A DNA stretch of 28,621 nucleotides from Bugula neritina. Taxonomy: Eukaryota > Animalia > Bryozoa. Below are positions 24,747-28,621 of this stretch, piece after piece. The stretch's first letter is position 1, and every line of letters starts with the position of its first letter. The position numbers were made by a program, and so were the translations under genes. The stretch covers positions 21,171-49,791 of the forward strand of contig CAXIUT010000153.1 in assembly GCA_964035545.1 (NCBI GenBank), in the 5' to 3' direction. The notes beneath the pieces are model-generated. The model was given only the letters and a program-made list of their open reading frames with translations, did no database searches and had not been told where the DNA came from.

Positions 24747-26662
24747 TCATGGTTATTATAGTCTATCTTTTTGTTCTTTTCCGGACTAAGAATCAACTAT
24801 CTAAGGAGTCTATTCAGCTTTAATTTATGTGTTTTAGGTCTTTTAAGTATTTTCTATAGGTTATTAGGCTGGTTCACTCTTTGTTTATTCAGTTATTATT
24901 TATGTATTTTGATGATTATTGTTTTTTTACTCTTACTGATTTTAGTTATTCTCTTTTTATGGTTCCTTATCTTATTTCACTTCTATTTCTTTTATTTATT
25001 CTTTTATTTCAGGAGTTGCACTATTTTGTTATTACTAAGCTGTCTAATCTCGAGATATTTCTAAATCTTTTTCATTTTGTCTTTACTATTATGATGATTT
25101 TTAGTTATTTTATTAAATTTGTTAATGATTATCCTTCTATTCTTTCTAAATATAATTAATTTTACTTAAATATTATTTTAGATATCCAATTATTCATTCT
25201 TTTATTTCATCTTTTGCTCTACTTCAGTAACATCATCATCAGAAGTTATTTTTTACTGATCAATATTGATATTTTATTATTCTTTTTATTATTCATTATT
25301 ATTTACAGGTTAATTTTGTTTGTTTTATTATAATTTTAACTTATTTTAATGTTATTATTTAGCTTTATTAACTTTTGATTTAAATCTATCTTTTTTGTTT
25401 CTATTTTGCTATTTCTTTATCTTTTTTTATCTAATCTATTTCGCTTTATTCTCCTATTAGACCATCTATATATCTCTTTGCTGCTTTTATCCATCATTTA
25501 TTTTATTAAGACTATCTTATATATCTTTTCTCTTATCTTTCTTTGACCTCTTTGATTTCTTATCTTTCCTATCTTCATTTTTCATATTATCATCTTTCCT
25601 ATCTTCATTGTTTATGCTTTCATCTTTCTTTATTTCATTTTGTCTTTAATCTTTCTTTATTTCATTTTGTCTTTCATCTTTCCTATCTTCATTTTGTCTT
25701 TCATTATTCTTTATTTCATTTTATCTTTCATCTTTCCTATCTTCATTTTATCTTTCATCTTTCCTATCTTCATTTTGTCTTTCATTATCTTTCCTATCTT
25801 CATTTTATATTTCACTATTTTAATAATCTGTTGATAATATTTAGTTAGTAGCATTAACTTCTATAGCAAGGGCTTTATCTGCTAGATTGATGGGTAATCT
25901 ACTAATGATAACTAGAATATCATTTTTATGATTTTATTTCCAGTCATTTATTTTTCTTATTAATAAATTACTACTATGATGTTACTAATTATCCTAAATC
26001 AAAACTACCAGCCATATTTTTCTTTAATTTTATCTTTATATTTGTTTTATGATATAATTTTTGATATGATTTGCTATGCTGTTTTTTTGATCTTATTTCC
26101 AGTTGAAGCGAGTGATGATGTTTTTAAAGAATTTATTTAATTTTTTTTTAATATAGGATACTAGAGGTCCAACTCTGTTTAAATTGTATGCTTTTTTACT
26201 AACGCTTTTAACAATCTACTTATTTCCACTACTAATGATATTGTCTGTTGGATAGTTAATGCTGCGACTGATAGTAGCCATTCCCTTATTATTAACTTAA
26301 TATCCATAGTACTAACTTATTTCTTTCAGGTTGTGCCATTTTATCAGTTATTCTTTAGGTATTTTAGCTGTTATTCTGGAATTATTAATGTTGGTTGAGT
26401 ATAAATTTATCACTCTTGATGAATTCTATTGATCTATTTCATTGCTGATTAGTTCATTTATTGATTTGATGTAAGTATTTGATTGGAAAAGGTTGTAGGT
26501 ATTTTTGGAGGGGTGATAACTTTATTCTGATCCTATTAAAAATATGACTGGAACAAGCAGAACTAGAGTTAAAAGGAATGTCGTTGTTATTTTGAAAGAA
26601 AAATATATTCTTTGTTTTATTGTTTTAGACTCAACAGAAGATATCTCCTCTTTTGTACTCAT
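24747..26662 (-). CDS. Hypothetical protein with N-terminal hydrophobic anchor and long E/K/D/N low-complexity tail (631 aa); intron 25146-25165 (20 nt)
   Basis: MSTKEEISSVESKTIKQRIYFSFKITTTFLLTLVLLVPVIFLIG...; splicing gtaaaattaattatatttag gives a frame ending EQKDRLEEP*. Confidence 0.7.
25555..25810 (-). repeat. Coding 27-30 nt tandem repeat (NEDRKDER[Q/E])n
   Basis: About 9 copies of catctttcctatcttcattttgtcttt-like units on +. Confidence 0.88.
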
Positions 26663-26922
26663 TTCTGATATATCTTAAATAATATAAACACCAAATAATA
26701 TCAATATCAATAACTATTAATTGCAATATATATAAGATTAGTTATTAATCCATCCGATGCAACAATTGTTGAGTTGAAGGAGAGCTTTGGCATATTCAAT
26801 GACCTAGCTTGATAGATTATTTAATACCTTCATATGATATTAAGTAAATATCAATACTTTCATATGATGTAAAACCATTTGATATTCTATAGTTCTAAAG
26901 TAGATAATAATTAATTTCTAAA

Positions 26923-27939
26923 ATGCACAGATCGCACATTTCATTCTCTCGTTCAAAGAGTTCAAAATGCACAATAAATCCTAAAACACCAAGTCAGCTA
27001 TCTATAAATATATTACATCAAGGTTCTAGACGAAAAATATCAAGAAATGATTATCTTTCTATTTACCCTCGACTTAAAATCAACAGCAATCAAATCAATA
27101 CTCTTTCCATTACTCCTACCGAGTATAACTAACATCATCTTCAAGAAGAATTAAGTAAAATGAGAGAAGAAAATCATTAAATTAGTTGTCAAAACTAGCT
27201 GCTTAAAAATATGATTAGAAAATAAAATAAAATTAACTAGCTTTTTGATAAAAGAAGAAATCACTGCTAATTAGACGATATGACACTCTAAAAACTAATG
27301 GAATTGAAACTATTGCTCTTAACTTAATCTCTATAATAAAAGTATCAATAGTGTAGTCAGAAATTAAAGAAAACTCAATAAGGACACAAAATAAACAAAA
27401 ATAGTCTTAATAAAGTAAGTATATAGCCTCAAGTCAACCTCTATCTCACACTAGAAGCACTAGGAATGAATATCTAAGAGCAAAAAGAGTTTAAGAATCA
27501 ACACTTGAAGAAGTTATAGAACTAGCTGCATAAATTAAAAGTCAACACTAGAAAGTTACAATAGCTATCTAAAACAAAACAGTCAACCATATAAAGTCTA
27601 TAACAAACTATCCAACAATAGAAGAAGAACCTGCCAGCAAAGTACAATTCTAACTTGAATACGGCAGATAGTGGATTGATAAACTTGCCAGCCAGGAACA
27701 AAACCATCGAAGAACTAGAGCAAGAGATAGCAAAAATTAGGTTATAGTCTTAGACATTGCAAAACGATACGCAGAAGGAAGTTGATCGCTCGTTGCTAGA
27801 AAAATAGAATTGTACAGACAGCTAGATGAGGGAAATTAGGACGATAGGAAAGGAGTTACTTTTTGGTGATTTAGATCAATTATTTCATAATATAGCATAA
27901 AATAGTTATGAGTAATCATTTTTATATCTATTCATACAA
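26923..27939 (+). CDS. Hypothetical coiled-coil protein; no in-frame TGA before the telomeric tract, so the 3' end is uncertain
   Basis: Open frame from ATG 26923 (MHRSHISFSRSKSSK...LQEELSKMREENHE...) to the tract. The nearest TGA (27909-27911) is out of frame. Confidence 0.65.
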
Positions 27940-28010
27940 GGGGTGGGGTTGGGGTTGGGGTTGGGGTTGGGGTTGGGGTTGGGGTTGGGTGTTGGGGTTG
28001 GGTGGTTGGG
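27940..28010. repeat. Internal telomeric tract (GGGGTT)n, 71 nt, with variant units
   Basis: G4T2 core with GGGGT, GGGTGTT and GGGTGGTT variants at the edges; flanked by TCATACAA on both sides. Confidence 0.95.
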
Positions 28011-28053
28011 TCATACAATAAGTAAAATCTTCATAATTTTTTATCAACAATCT

Positions 28054-28621
28054 ATGTCAAATCATCTATACTAACAGTATAGGAAGGCAGTCGATAAATT
28101 TAGAGAACATTAAAATCACTAAATATTATTATTCTCAAAAATATATTACTTGATGATAGAATAAAAGAAATGAAGTTAACTTAGGTATTCAACTTTGATA
28201 TCTTTGGCCTAGGCTTTAATGGGTAATAGTTCTAAGTAGACTTTGATAGGTAGTAGTTCTAGGTCGGTTTTGATAAATGGTAGTTCTAGATAGGCTTTGG
28301 GTTATTTTTAAGAGGCTTTAATTTATTATTAATAAGTGAATCATAATTTATTGATTGGAGATAGTAAAAGATAGGAGGAATTTAATTTAATAATAAAGAT
28401 GTTTCAACTAACAGATGAGCTTAAATTAAAAAATAGATCAATATAGTTATTAAAAAGAGCAGTGGAAATTATGTCGAATAGATGGAGAAATAATTTACAA
28501 CAAAAATTGTCTCAGTTGACGATAGGTGATAAAAAGATTTTATAGTCGATATAATTGGACGATTAGGAGCATAAAAAATAAATATTGAATCTAGTCGATA
28601 GATAATGGCCTATTAGACCAT
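28054..28621 (+). CDS. Partial hypothetical helical (TPR-like) protein running off the window; one in-frame TGA at 28171-28173
   Basis: MSNHLYEQYRKAVDKF...EEKK*SELRYSTLISLAEALMG...EALGYFEEALIYYEEV...IELLKRAVEI; the frame is open from 28174 to the window end. Confidence 0.5.

Noticed and set aside
25555-25810. CRISPR-like repeat array
   Set aside because: No unique spacers; it is an in-frame coding tandem repeat in a eukaryotic gene.
23360-26662. One 1100-codon fusion of the low-complexity protein and the RBR paralog (ends are in the same frame)
   Set aside because: The unspliced frame hits a TGA near 24978. A canonical 20-nt intron gives a separate gene ending at 24747, and the RBR has its own ATG at 24703.
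10684-28010. Telomere-bearing transposon (TBE/Tel-like) bounded by the tracts
   Set aside because: No transposase or terminal inverted repeats were seen, the internal tracts share one orientation, and the enclosed genes are ordinary cellular genes.

Overview
This is an AT-rich, gene-dense ciliate nuclear sequence. Conserved protein motifs show that both TAA and TAG encode Glu and that TGA is the stop (peritrich nuclear code, NCBI table 30), so the supplied standard-code ORF track is mostly fragments or antisense artefacts. Read with that code, the window holds about 18 tightly packed genes: V-ATPase subunit c, an OSBP/ORP, Yos1/IER3IP1, an ISWI remodeller, RPA3, two paralogous membrane-anchored RBR proteins (one lacking the catalytic Cys/His), a GGCT/AIG2-like protein, a mucolipin/TRPML channel, a repeat-containing probable microtubule protein, and several coiled-coil or low-complexity proteins. 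Introns are tiny, almost all exactly 20 nt. The window opens with a (CCCCAA)n tract and contains three internal (GGGGTT)n tracts of about 70-90 nt, spaced 8-11 kb apart. Each internal tract sits between genes or at a gene end, has only one polarity, and is flanked by a short direct repeat. This looks like telomeric DNA inserted at, or healed and rejoined across, chromosome breakage sites. It is the most interesting signal here, but read-level data are needed to exclude an assembly artefact.
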